Source of the DNA: Candidatus Anderseniibacteriota bacterium | GTDB lineage: Bacteria > Patescibacteriota > Andersenbacteria > UBA10190 | Direction: 5' to 3' | DNA: 64,000 bases | NCBI GenBank assembly: GCA_021414205.1 | Contig: JAIOOW010000003.1 | Location: 300,365-364,364 of the forward strand | Shown here: in pieces, positions 28,417-37,003 of the stretch | How the letters are laid out: every line of letters starts with the position of its first letter | How positions within the stretch are numbered: the first letter of the stretch is position 1 | Notes under the pieces: generated by a model | The model's database searches: none | What the model was told of the DNA's origin: nothing | The model's input: the letters and a program-made list of their open reading frames with translations, nothing else | Program-made: the position numbers and the translations under genes

Positions 28417-29079
28417 TTATGCACTTTGCGCAAGCAGCTCGAGCTGCTTTATGTTTTCTGCAGGATCTCCTTTTTTAAATATACTTGAATTTGCACAAAA
28501 AATAGTTGCACCTGCTTCTGCGTATTGCGAAATAGTTTCTTTGTCTACGTGGCCATCTACGGCGATTTTTACTGCAGGATTTTTAGTATGAAAGTCTGCT
28601 ATTTTTTTGAAAATTTCTGGATCAATATCTTGCCCGGCGAACCCTGGCTTGTATCCCATGAATAATACGTATTGAACTAGTGGTAAATATTCCGTGAGCC
28701 GAGAAATATCGGTGTCAGGGTTTATGGCAACGCCCATTTCTGCGCTGGTGTATTCTCCTACCGTGTTATATACAAACGGCAAATCCATCGTTCCTAAAAA
28801 AGCTTCAATATGAAATACACAGCGGCTGGGATTTACGTCGATAATATCTTCAACGTAATCAGCAGGGGTTTGGACCATTATGTGCAATTCGATTTTTTGG
28901 GATTGAGGCAAATCTGCCAATCGCGGAATATCCATAAAGCTTTCATTGCCCGCAAAAATTCCGTCAGTAATATCTATCTGAATGTGCTCCGCTGCACCCA
29001 CTACTTTATTCCAGTCTTCTTCTATTTTTTCGTACGTTGTTTTTAAAATCGCCGGCACGATTTCGATGTTATCGTTCAT
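28417..29079 (-). CDS. rpe: Ribulose-phosphate 3-epimerase
   Basis: IDITDG.F, HIMV, FHIEA, GVAINP.T, M..KPGFAGQ, AVDG. Confidence 0.85.
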   Translation of the reverse strand: MNDNIEIVPAILKTTYEKIEEDWNKVVGAAEHIQIDITDGIFAGNESFMDIPRLADLPQSQKIELHIMVQTPADYVEDIIDVNPSRCVFHIEAFLGTMDLPFVYNTVGEYTSAEMGVAINPDTDISRLTEYLPLVQYVLFMGYKPGFAGQDIDPEIFKKIADFHTKNPAVKIAVDGHVDKETISQYAEAGATIFCANSSIFKKGDPAENIKQLELLAQSA

Positions 29080-29522
29080 TGTTCTAATTTCTTTATTTTT
29101 TCGACTCTGCGTTCGTGCCGTTCCAATCCTGAAAATGGAGTATCTAAAAATGTTGCAATAATCGCCTTCGCTTCGTCGAGCGCGAGGAGGTCGGCACCTA
29201 GGCAGAGAGCGTTGATATCATCATCATTCCGTGCGGTCTTTGCCACGTCTACGGATTGAATATTTGCGGCGCGCACTCCTGCGATTTTGTTTGCGGCAAC
29301 TGCAACGCCCACTCCTGATCCGCATAGTAAAATGCCGCGGGTATTCTCCGGGTCTTGTGCGATTTTTTGTGCAACAGATACGGCGTAATCCGGATAATCA
29401 TCTCCTTCTGTGAATTCTTGGGCACCCATATCTTCTACCACATACCCTTCTTGAGCAAGCCATGCGACAATCCCCTCCTTCATTGCAAACCCACGATGAT
29501 CAGCGCCAATATATATATTCAT
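29076..29522 (-). CDS. rpiB: Ribose-5-phosphate isomerase B
   Basis: GADHRG, DDYPD, CGSGVG..AANK, RHERR. Confidence 0.92.
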   Translation of the reverse strand: MNIYIGADHRGFAMKEGIVAWLAQEGYVVEDMGAQEFTEGDDYPDYAVSVAQKIAQDPENTRGILLCGSGVGVAVAANKIAGVRAANIQSVDVAKTARNDDDINALCLGADLLALDEAKAIIATFLDTPFSGLERHERRVEKIKKLEQ

Positions 29523-29547
29523 GCGATTAACTATACCCAACTTAGGG

Positions 29548-30183
29548 CTAATATTCTACGTTCTCGCCAGGTTCTAGTGCATCAAATTGAATTCCCGCAT
29601 CTTCCAATACTTTTTTTGGCACCGTGTATATCCATGTTCGAGAAGTTAAAATCGCATCGTGAATCGGGATGCAAACTCTTGGTTTAATTGAAAGTGCCCA
29701 ATCCAGTGAATCTGAAATTTTCATCCATGGGCCAGCAATTGGCATACCCAGAATTTCTACTGGAACATTCGGCGTTATAAATGCATCGCCTGGCAAAAAG
29801 AATCTGCTTGCAATCAAGTACCCGGTATTCATCACAACTGGAATTGTTTTGTAGATAACGGCGTGATCTTTCCCGAATCCGCTAATAGTAATTTCTTTTA
29901 TCGTCGTTGTTTGTCCATCTTCTACAATCTCGCACGCAATCCCCTGTTTTTCTAATAATTTCGCAACAGCGCTATTTGTTATAATTTTCGCTTCAGGATT
30001 ATTCCTAAGAACTTCTTTTACGGAATCAATATGAAAATGGTCCCCATGCTCATGCGTAATAATAATGATTGAAATGCCGGTGAGTGAATTTTGTTCGTTT
30101 GTAAACATTCCCGGATCCGTCAAAATCCCTACGCCGTTTTCTATAATATGAAGGCAACAATGCCCGATTTTTGTGATGGTCAT
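29548..30183 (-). CDS. Metallo-beta-lactamase-fold hydrolase
   Basis: THEHGDH, PGD, PIHD. Confidence 0.88.
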   Translation of the reverse strand: MTITKIGHCCLHIIENGVGILTDPGMFTNEQNSLTGISIIIITHEHGDHFHIDSVKEVLRNNPEAKIITNSAVAKLLEKQGIACEIVEDGQTTTIKEITISGFGKDHAVIYKTIPVVMNTGYLIASRFFLPGDAFITPNVPVEILGMPIAGPWMKISDSLDWALSIKPRVCIPIHDAILTSRTWIYTVPKKVLEDAGIQFDALEPGENVEY

Positions 30184-30296
30184 GTATGCAGTATACCGAA
30201 GATTGCCATTGACTTTTTATTATTTTTAATATATATTCATACGTCGGATTATTTTTGGATGTCCGACGTTTGCCCTCTAACAATAAGGACTTTTTT

Positions 30297-30590
30297 ATGA
30301 GTTGGGAGAGTGTTGCAGAAGATGTTGCTATGCAGATTATTTCGATGGATCCGTGTAATGCGGATGCGGGGATGGTGAATTTCTGCAGAGTTGCGTTGAT
30401 TGGAATTTCGCAGTTGCCTGAGTGCCCAGAAAAATATCGGGAGCAGGCCCAACGGCTTCAGGAGGACTATGTTCGGCTCGCAGCAAATCCTGGAGAGTAT
30501 GCGGAATGGAATGACGTTGCAATTAAAACCCATAACCTGCTTGCTAGGCTGTCGGGATGTGGAGCTTACGCGACCATTTATTACACCTAA
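30297..30590 (+). CDS. Hypothetical protein (ORFan)
   Basis: TTGACT-N17-TATATT at 30209, hairpin, boxA-like TGCCCTCTAACAA at 30271, AAGGA SD, terminator at about 30624-30660. Confidence 0.6.
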   Translation: MSWESVAEDVAMQIISMDPCNADAGMVNFCRVALIGISQLPECPEKYREQAQRLQEDYVRLAANPGEYAEWNDVAIKTHNLLARLSGCGAYATIYYT

Positions 30591-30760
30591 TAATGCCTTA
30601 CGCTCAGCTACTCCTCTTCTTTTTAGCCCCGTCTTAATTTGAGGCGGGCTATTTTATTTTCCTGACGTGTGAGTAAGTATTTTATAATAGTTGACTAATA
30701 TATAATTATATGCTTATATAGTATGTTCTGAGGGAATCGAATAATTCAGGAGATATCGGA

Positions 30761-31294
30761 ATGTACTTTATATGGAAATGTATTCAATGCTTTATTTGTT
30801 GGAGAGTGCGATTGCCCAATTGGAGCGATGACGCCCAGGCCGTGTGCGCATGCACGTTTGGTCGATCTGATGATATCTGCAATAAGGCGATTGCGTGCCA
30901 TGTAGCTGTCATCGCCATGGAGCACAAACTCCCCTTCTGCGTGCAAGGTGAAATCGGAGCATATCTCGACAAGAGTTTGCTTGGGTATCGTTCTGCTGAA
31001 AGTTCCGATGTTCATCATCGAGAGTATGTCGGTACCTATGAAACGGTGCATGAACAGGTAACGTGCTACTTGCAACCGCAGCGGATTACCAAAATCCATG
31101 TGGAGGCGCATCCGGAACACGCATGGCGAATGGTGATGTGTTATCGCCACTTTGGAATGGAAGTGGTAAGCGTGTGCACGATGGGTAAACCGTACCCTCC
31201 TGCATCCACTCAAGTGTGGTGTCGCAGCAAGTTTCGATTTGTGCCGTACGAAGTCCTCGCTCGCCTTCTGTATGTCGCAAAGGGATACATGTAA
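30761..31294 (+). CDS. Hypothetical protein, possibly DUF218/YdcF-related
   Basis: TFG, Q.EI, AHP.H..R, STQ.W..RS..F..YE.LAR layout; own promoter (30691), AGGAG SD, terminator. Confidence 0.6.
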   Translation: MYFIWKCIQCFICWRVRLPNWSDDAQAVCACTFGRSDDICNKAIACHVAVIAMEHKLPFCVQGEIGAYLDKSLLGYRSAESSDVHHREYVGTYETVHEQVTCYLQPQRITKIHVEAHPEHAWRMVMCYRHFGMEVVSVCTMGKPYPPASTQVWCRSKFRFVPYEVLARLLYVAKGYM

Positions 31295-31335
31295 TGTTTC
31301 GACCGTATGGTTCGCCCTGCGGTCGTTTTTATTTG

Positions 31336-31406
31336 TTCCCGGACAGGGATTCGAACCCCAGTTTCAAGATTCAGAGTCTTGCGTCCTGCCGCTAGACGAT
31401 CCGGGA
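31336..31406 (-). tRNA. tRNA-Gln(CTG)
   Basis: Cloverleaf TCCCGGA acceptor, CAAGA-CT CTG AA-TCTTG, GGTTCGAATCC; CCA not encoded. Confidence 0.95.
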
Positions 31407-31518
31407 ATGTATCAATAGTTTCAATGAAAATGCGAAATAATACAAGTTTTGTAAAGAAAACACCGTCAGTTTGTGGCTGACGGTGATGTAGTGTGCGGTG
31501 GCGCAAGAGGCGTTGGTG

Positions 31519-32073
31519 CTACTCTTGCTCGCATCGTATTTTTACGAGCATTCGCGGGTTCCTTCGCGGATCCAGAGATCCTTCGGCGGCGTCGATTGCG
31601 AATAATATGAGCCAGAGCAAAGCACATCCAAAAGCAGATGTTGTCAAAGGTAGGTTTGTGCTATGCCAAGCTACTGGCAAAGTGCTAACTACTGCGTATG
31701 ACAGCACTGGCACGATGAACAAGTTGTGAAACCATTGAGCCGGAAGATTGTTCCAGCTGTTCGATTCTCTACCATTTTTAAGGCCAACGTACTGGATAAC
31801 AATCCCGGCAACGAGCGCCAAGACGGCGACCGTTACGTGATACCAGGCCTCTGTATGGACTCCCTTTGGAAGTTCATGCTGGCATATGCCGGCAACAAGT
31901 CCGTAATAGAGCGCCAGCGAAGCGTCACCAGGGCAGCTGGAGAAGGCCACGTCATAGACGACGCCTTCTGTCTTCCATCTGATGAGGTACAGTAATCCTG
32001 TCGTAACGCAAATCGTTGCAATCATCACAACCCACCATGGCGCATGGGTAGCAATCCAAATGCTTGGCAACAT
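31519..32073 (-). CDS. Multi-pass membrane hypothetical protein
   Basis: About 5 hydrophobic segments; TTGACA at 32153, AAGGAG SD, terminator at about 31457-31482. Confidence 0.7.
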   Translation of the reverse strand: MLPSIWIATHAPWWVVMIATICVTTGLLYLIRWKTEGVVYDVAFSSCPGDASLALYYGLVAGICQHELPKGVHTEAWYHVTVAVLALVAGIVIQYVGLKNGRESNSWNNLPAQWFHNLFIVPVLSYAVVSTLPVAWHSTNLPLTTSAFGCALLWLILFAIDAAEGSLDPRRNPRMLVKIRCEQE

Positions 32074-32254
32074 GACTAGCTCCTTATTGATATGGGAATG
32101 TTCGGTCGTTTCGCGAGTACGTATAAATTAGTATATAATAGTACTATTGTCAAGTTTTAAAAGATCAGGAGTGGTCGTAGGGTGTAAGTAGCCTGGTGTG
32201 TAGAGATTCTGTTATGAGTGCTCTTTTTCAAACCCTGGAAAGCGAGTGTGTGGC

Positions 32255-32884
32255 ATGAAGGTCCGGCCCCTTAAAATTGATGAAGTGAATCTCGTCATTT
32301 CGGATCGTGGTGTTTCGTCGGTATTGGCATGCATCGTGCTCAAGTCGTTGATCGGTAGAAAGCAGGTGGATTTCTTTTGGCTGAGTCATGGAATGTGCCA
32401 CTTGGAAGAGATGACCACGCTTCTCGGCAGGAAAACACGAGAAACTGTTTGCGTCGGATTCAGTCCTGACGATGGCCAGGATGTTGCAGCCTTGGTCTCC
32501 ATGATTGCCGCTGACGCGCATCGGATTGGAGGGATTTGCGATGTCCATGGGCGATCTGCCTGGTTGCGACGCATAGGAACGTTCGCTCAATTGTTTCTTC
32601 AGCCGCAGAATGCTGATAGATACTTCACATGCCCTGGTCGCGTTCTGCTGAATGCATTTGCTGATCAGTTTGAAACATACGAACGCGAATTGTGCGATCT
32701 TTCTCATCATGCAGCGATGGGCGAACTGCGCGATTTTGCTCAGACGATATCCTGGATTGCTCCTGAAGATCCGAGCATGGACGGGAGGCGCACAAACCTC
32801 GTTAACCACTTTGCATTCGACCATAACCCCAGTCCCCAAATTTCGAACTGGATACAAGAAGCTCGGCAAAGGGAAACAGCATAA
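32255..32884 (+). CDS. Hypothetical protein (ORFan)
   Basis: 209 aa ORF preceded by boxA-like TGCTCTTTTTCAA (32219-32231); hairpin plus T-tract downstream. Confidence 0.55.
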   Translation: MKVRPLKIDEVNLVISDRGVSSVLACIVLKSLIGRKQVDFFWLSHGMCHLEEMTTLLGRKTRETVCVGFSPDDGQDVAALVSMIAADAHRIGGICDVHGRSAWLRRIGTFAQLFLQPQNADRYFTCPGRVLLNAFADQFETYERELCDLSHHAAMGELRDFAQTISWIAPEDPSMDGRRTNLVNHFAFDHNPSPQISNWIQEARQRETA

Positions 32885-32954
32885 TGCTTTTTCGAATTCG
32901 AGGTGGTACGTACTCACGTATCGCCTCTCTTTTATTTTTGGTATACTTACATGC

Positions 32955-33866
32955 ATGAATGATGCGTTTGTTGATGTGAAGAATGTAAAAGCGCGATATC
33001 GCGGATTAGACACGGACGTATTGCATGGAATTTCTTTTACGGTACATCACGGAGAGCATGTGTTGGTGTATGGTGCGCCAGCGTCTGGAAAATCCAGTTT
33101 ACTGAAAATGCTCTGCGGAGATTTGGATATTGTATCTGGAAGCGCCATTGTGAATGGAAAGGATATTTCTGGAGATGCAGCGCTCCGTTCTGGATATGTA
33201 TCAGTTAATCATGAGGAATTGCATGCGAGTAAGACAGTGTATGACAACCTTGTAGAGTTCGGCGATGAGTATGATGTTCCCCACTTGCCTGCTCGCATCG
33301 GCGAATTGCTGGAGCTTCTTGAAATGAAGCAGTTGGCGAATAGGAATATGCAGACGTTGTCCTTTACGGAAAAAATTGCATACGGATTAATTCGCGCATC
33401 TCTTTCGGATGCTCCCGTGTTGTTACTAGACGATGTGCTTGATGCATTTGGTGTTGAAGAAACGCAGCGATTTTTAAATGTTGCGTGCGCTGGCAAGACG
33501 GTTCTTCTTACCACGCGAGTGACTCAGAATGCAGAGCAAATGAATTTGCCGTTATTGCTATTACACAACGGAACACTGGCACACACGGGCTCACGAGACG
33601 ATATTGCAGTGGCATCGGGAGTGCCGAGGATTATTGATGCATGGGTAGAAGAACTTCGTTATGATATGTTGAAAAAAATACGATCCCATAGCGGCGTGTT
33701 AGAAGTTCGCATCTTGCCAACAGATAGATTTGAAGGAAATTTAGTGCGTATTATGATTAGGAACTCTCGCTTCATCCCCTCTTTGTATGATGTGATGAGC
33801 CAGTCTCAGCTAGTGCACGTAGAAGAAGTGCCTCCGAAGTTGATCGATATTCTCAAGACTATCTAG
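32955..33866 (+). CDS. ABC transporter ATP-binding-like protein (degenerate motifs)
   Basis: Walker A GAPASGKS; signature LSFTE; Walker B LLLDD; start after TATACT. Confidence 0.8.
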   Translation: MNDAFVDVKNVKARYRGLDTDVLHGISFTVHHGEHVLVYGAPASGKSSLLKMLCGDLDIVSGSAIVNGKDISGDAALRSGYVSVNHEELHASKTVYDNLVEFGDEYDVPHLPARIGELLELLEMKQLANRNMQTLSFTEKIAYGLIRASLSDAPVLLLDDVLDAFGVEETQRFLNVACAGKTVLLTTRVTQNAEQMNLPLLLLHNGTLAHTGSRDDIAVASGVPRIIDAWVEELRYDMLKKIRSHSGVLEVRILPTDRFEGNLVRIMIRNSRFIPSLYDVMSQSQLVHVEEVPPKLIDILKTI

Positions 33867-33867
33867 T

Positions 33868-34791
33868 TTATTTTAAGTATCGTCGTACGGCGATGTAGCT
33901 GCTCATGATTGCCAAGAGGAGTGCAACCCCCGCTTCCGCTCCAATCAACTGAACCCAGTGCGATGTTGTGTATGCGTAGATATCGAACGTTGCTTGTTGT
34001 CCTGAGAAAAAGAATTGATTAATTTGGTTCGCGCCAGCATTTAATACCAGGAATGTAAGTATAATGCTGATAGTGACGCTAATAACGGCAACGAGCATGG
34101 ATTCTACGATAAACGGACTTTGGATATACCAGCGCGATGCTCCTACTAGCCGCATAATATCGATCTCTTCCCGGAAGCTGTAGATGGCTAATCGAATTGT
34201 GTTGAACATGATGAGCATTACGAGAATTGCGAATATTCCCGTAACAATGAGTGCCGTATTTTTCGTAATCGTCATGATGTGGATGAGCTTTTCGATGACT
34301 GATTTGGAATCCTCGAAATTCACTTTATCGATGTACTGACTGTAGGTTGGATCCTTAAGACTATTTGAAATGTCCGTATAGAATTGAGGGTCCTTTGCAA
34401 CGATGTACATGCTGTTTGGAAGCGGATTTCGTTGTAGTTCGCTTAATGCCTGTTCGATGTATGGCTCATTCTTATGCTTTTCTCTAAATTGGTTGAGTGC
34501 ATCTTCGCTGGTCGTTATATGTGTATCTTGGACGTCGGGTCTGCCGTCGATTGCCTGCTTGATTACATTGATTTGGTCCGGGGTTGTTGTGTCTTTGAAG
34601 ATAACGGCAATGTCCACTTTCTGGCTGAATGTAGTGAGTACCTGGGTTCCAATGACGTTGACGACGTATAAGAATGAAATCACGATCAGCGTGAGTGTCA
34701 TGATGACGGTCGTTGCAATAGATAGCCATACGTTTCTCCTGAAGTTTCGGAATGCATTGCGAAATATGCGAAGTAGTGTAATTCCAATCAT
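33868..34791 (-). CDS. ftsX: Cell division permease FtsX
   Basis: RNVWLS, NPLP, NTIRLAI..REEI.IMRLVGAS; follows ftsE. Confidence 0.92.
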   Translation of the reverse strand: MIGITLLRIFRNAFRNFRRNVWLSIATTVIMTLTLIVISFLYVVNVIGTQVLTTFSQKVDIAVIFKDTTTPDQINVIKQAIDGRPDVQDTHITTSEDALNQFREKHKNEPYIEQALSELQRNPLPNSMYIVAKDPQFYTDISNSLKDPTYSQYIDKVNFEDSKSVIEKLIHIMTITKNTALIVTGIFAILVMLIMFNTIRLAIYSFREEIDIMRLVGASRWYIQSPFIVESMLVAVISVTISIILTFLVLNAGANQINQFFFSGQQATFDIYAYTTSHWVQLIGAEAGVALLLAIMSSYIAVRRYLK

Positions 34792-34793
34792 AG

Positions 34794-35474
34794 TTATAGT
34801 TTATATGTTCCGCCTTGCTGATCTGAAATAAGTTTACCCTGGCTTAATGTTATCACGCGTTTTTTTAAAGCGTTTACGATGTCATCGTTATGCGTTGCCA
34901 ATAAAACGGTTGTCCCAAGCTTATTAATCTTGATGAGCAGTTGAACGATATCCCACGAGTTTAATGCGTCCAAGTTTCCCGTAGGTTCGTCTGCAAGCAA
35001 AATTTGAGGCTTGTATGCAAGTGCGCGTGCAATGGAAACACGCTGGCGTTCCCCACCTGACATTTCGTTCGGATACGTATTCGCTTTATCAACCAGGTTT
35101 ACAAGTTTCAATATTTGCGGAACGGATGAGCGGATTTCTTTTGGATCAGCTCCTCCTACCTCCATTGCAAATGCAATATTTTCAAATGCCGTATATTTTG
35201 GCAACAGTTTAAAATCTTGGAATACGACGCCGATCTGTCTGCGCAAATACGGAACCTGCCAATTCTTAATCTTGGTAATATCCCACCCATCGATAACGAT
35301 ATTGCCAGTAGATGGCTTTTCTTCTGCAGATAGAAGCTTTAATAATGTAGATTTTCCTGCTCCAGATTGCCCAACGATAGAAACGAAATCCCCCGTTGGA
35401 ATCGTGATGGTGACGTCAGATAGCGCGGGGCTTTTCTCTGAGTATGCTTTGGAGACTTTCGTGAACGTAATCAT
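34794..35474 (-). CDS. ftsE: Cell division ATP-binding protein FtsE
   Basis: GQSGAGKS, VPYLRRQIGVVFQDFKLL, SGGE, ADEPTGNLD. Confidence 0.95.
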   Translation of the reverse strand: MITFTKVSKAYSEKSPALSDVTITIPTGDFVSIVGQSGAGKSTLLKLLSAEEKPSTGNIVIDGWDITKIKNWQVPYLRRQIGVVFQDFKLLPKYTAFENIAFAMEVGGADPKEIRSSVPQILKLVNLVDKANTYPNEMSGGERQRVSIARALAYKPQILLADEPTGNLDALNSWDIVQLLIKINKLGTTVLLATHNDDIVNALKKRVITLSQGKLISDQQGGTYKL

Positions 35475-35485
35475 GGGAAGCTTTG

Positions 35486-36566
35486 TTAGTATACCACAAG
35501 AAAATCGCCAATGTCTCCATCTAAAACCTTTTGCGCATTTCGCGTTTCCACATTCGAACGATGGTCTTTCACGAGTGTGTACGGATGCAACACATATGAT
35601 CTGATTTGGTTCCCAAAAGACGCTTCCTGATGGGTGCCTCGCAGGTCTTTTACTTGCTGAACATTTTGCTGTTCTATAAGGAGCTGCAATTTTGCGGAAA
35701 GCATTCCCATTGCAGTTGCCTTGTTTTGCGCCTGAGATCGCTGTGATTGGGATGCAGTAACAATTCCTGTGGGAATGTGGCGAATGCGCACTGCGGAACT
35801 CGTTTTGTTTACGTGCTGCCCGCCGGCTCCCGATGCGCGATATGTATCTATTTCCAGGTCTGCTGGGTCGATTTCTGGAGCCTCTGCTTCTGCGATTTCT
35901 GGAATAACTTCCACTCGCGCAAAAGATGTTTGGCGCAAATTATCTGAATTAAACGGAGACAATCTCACTAATCGATGTACGCCATGTTCGCCTTTGAGCA
36001 GCCCATACGCATGGTCGCCTGAAATAATAAACGTAGAATGTTTGACACCCGCCTCTTCGCCAAGTGCGCGGTCTACTAGTGTGACCCCCCACCCCTTTTG
36101 TTCTGCAAATCGCATATACATGCGCTCCAGCATTTCTGCCCAGTCTTGTGCGTCTGTTCCCCCGGCTCCAGATTGAATAGTTATGATTGCATTATTAGAA
36201 TCGTGTGGACCATTAAAGCGTAATAAAAATTCTTTATCCGCGAGTTGTTTTTCTAATTTTTCCAAAGTCTCCGAAATTTCTTGTTGTGATTGCTCGTCAG
36301 CGTCTGTGAGTATGTCAAGCAATTCTTTCGCATCTGCGAGCTGTTTTTCTATCCCGGATACAAACTCAACGTCGCGTTGCAGGGTTGCCAGTTCCTGCGT
36401 CAGTTTCTTGGCATCTTCTTGATTATTCCAAAAGTCTGGCTTTTGTTGAAGTTCTGTAATCTCTTCTATCCTTTGTTTCTTGCTCGCAACGTCAAAGACG
36501 GTCGGCCACTTTCGTGAGCCGCCGTGCAAGGTCATCTATTGTTGCTTGAAGTTCTGTGGATTGCAT
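35486..36566 (-). CDS. prfB: Peptide chain release factor 2, programmed +1 frameshift
   Basis: SPF and GGQ motifs; upstream frame MQSTELQATIDDLARRLTKVADRL ends at CTT TGA C (36491-36497). Confidence 0.96.
36491..36497 (-). other. prfB +1 frameshift site CTTTGAC
   Basis: Canonical slippery site joining the 24-codon ORF to the main RF2 frame. Confidence 0.92.
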
Positions 36567-36585
36567 GGTGTAAGTATACCCTATG

Positions 36586-36658
36586 AGCCATCTGTGGGAA
36601 TCGAACCCACGACCTTTACGTTACGAGTGTAATGCTCTACCGACTGAGCTAAGATGGC
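36586..36658 (-). tRNA. tRNA-Thr(CGT)
   Basis: GCCATCT acceptor, TAGCTCAGTCGGTAGAGC, anticodon CGT, GGTTCGATTCC. Confidence 0.93.
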
Positions 36659-36697
36659 GGTATGTCGTAGTGTAGCGAATATCGGGAAATTTGCCAG

Positions 36698-36946
36698 CTA
36701 GAGTGCGCCCTCTTGGCGAAGCAACTGCGCTTTTCGAGCTTCTCCTCTATTATATTGCCCGAGCGTGCCGTCGGCCTTAATAACGCGATGGCATGGAATA
36801 CTTGGGTCATAATTATGCTTCATAATTGAGCCTACTGCGCGGTATGCATTCGGGCTTCCGGCAAGCGCAGCAACTTCCCCATATGTCATCGTTTTACCTT
36901 TCGGGATATCCATAACTATTGTTAATACCCGTTCTCGAAACGTCAT
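36698..36946 (-). CDS. MGMT family (O6-alkylguanine-DNA alkyltransferase) protein
   Basis: IPKGK.MTYGEVA, RAVG, IPCHRV. Confidence 0.9.
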   Translation of the reverse strand: MTFRERVLTIVMDIPKGKTMTYGEVAALAGSPNAYRAVGSIMKHNYDPSIPCHRVIKADGTLGQYNRGEARKAQLLRQEGAL

Positions 36947-37003
36947 AGTGGTAAGTATGCATGTGTATAATCTTTTTTGTAAACATGGCATAATGGAGAG
37001 TAT

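Noticed and set aside
32228..33013. 261-aa minus-strand ORF
   Set aside because: Antisense shadow of the 32255-32884 gene, which has leader and terminator signals; it also overlaps the ABC gene
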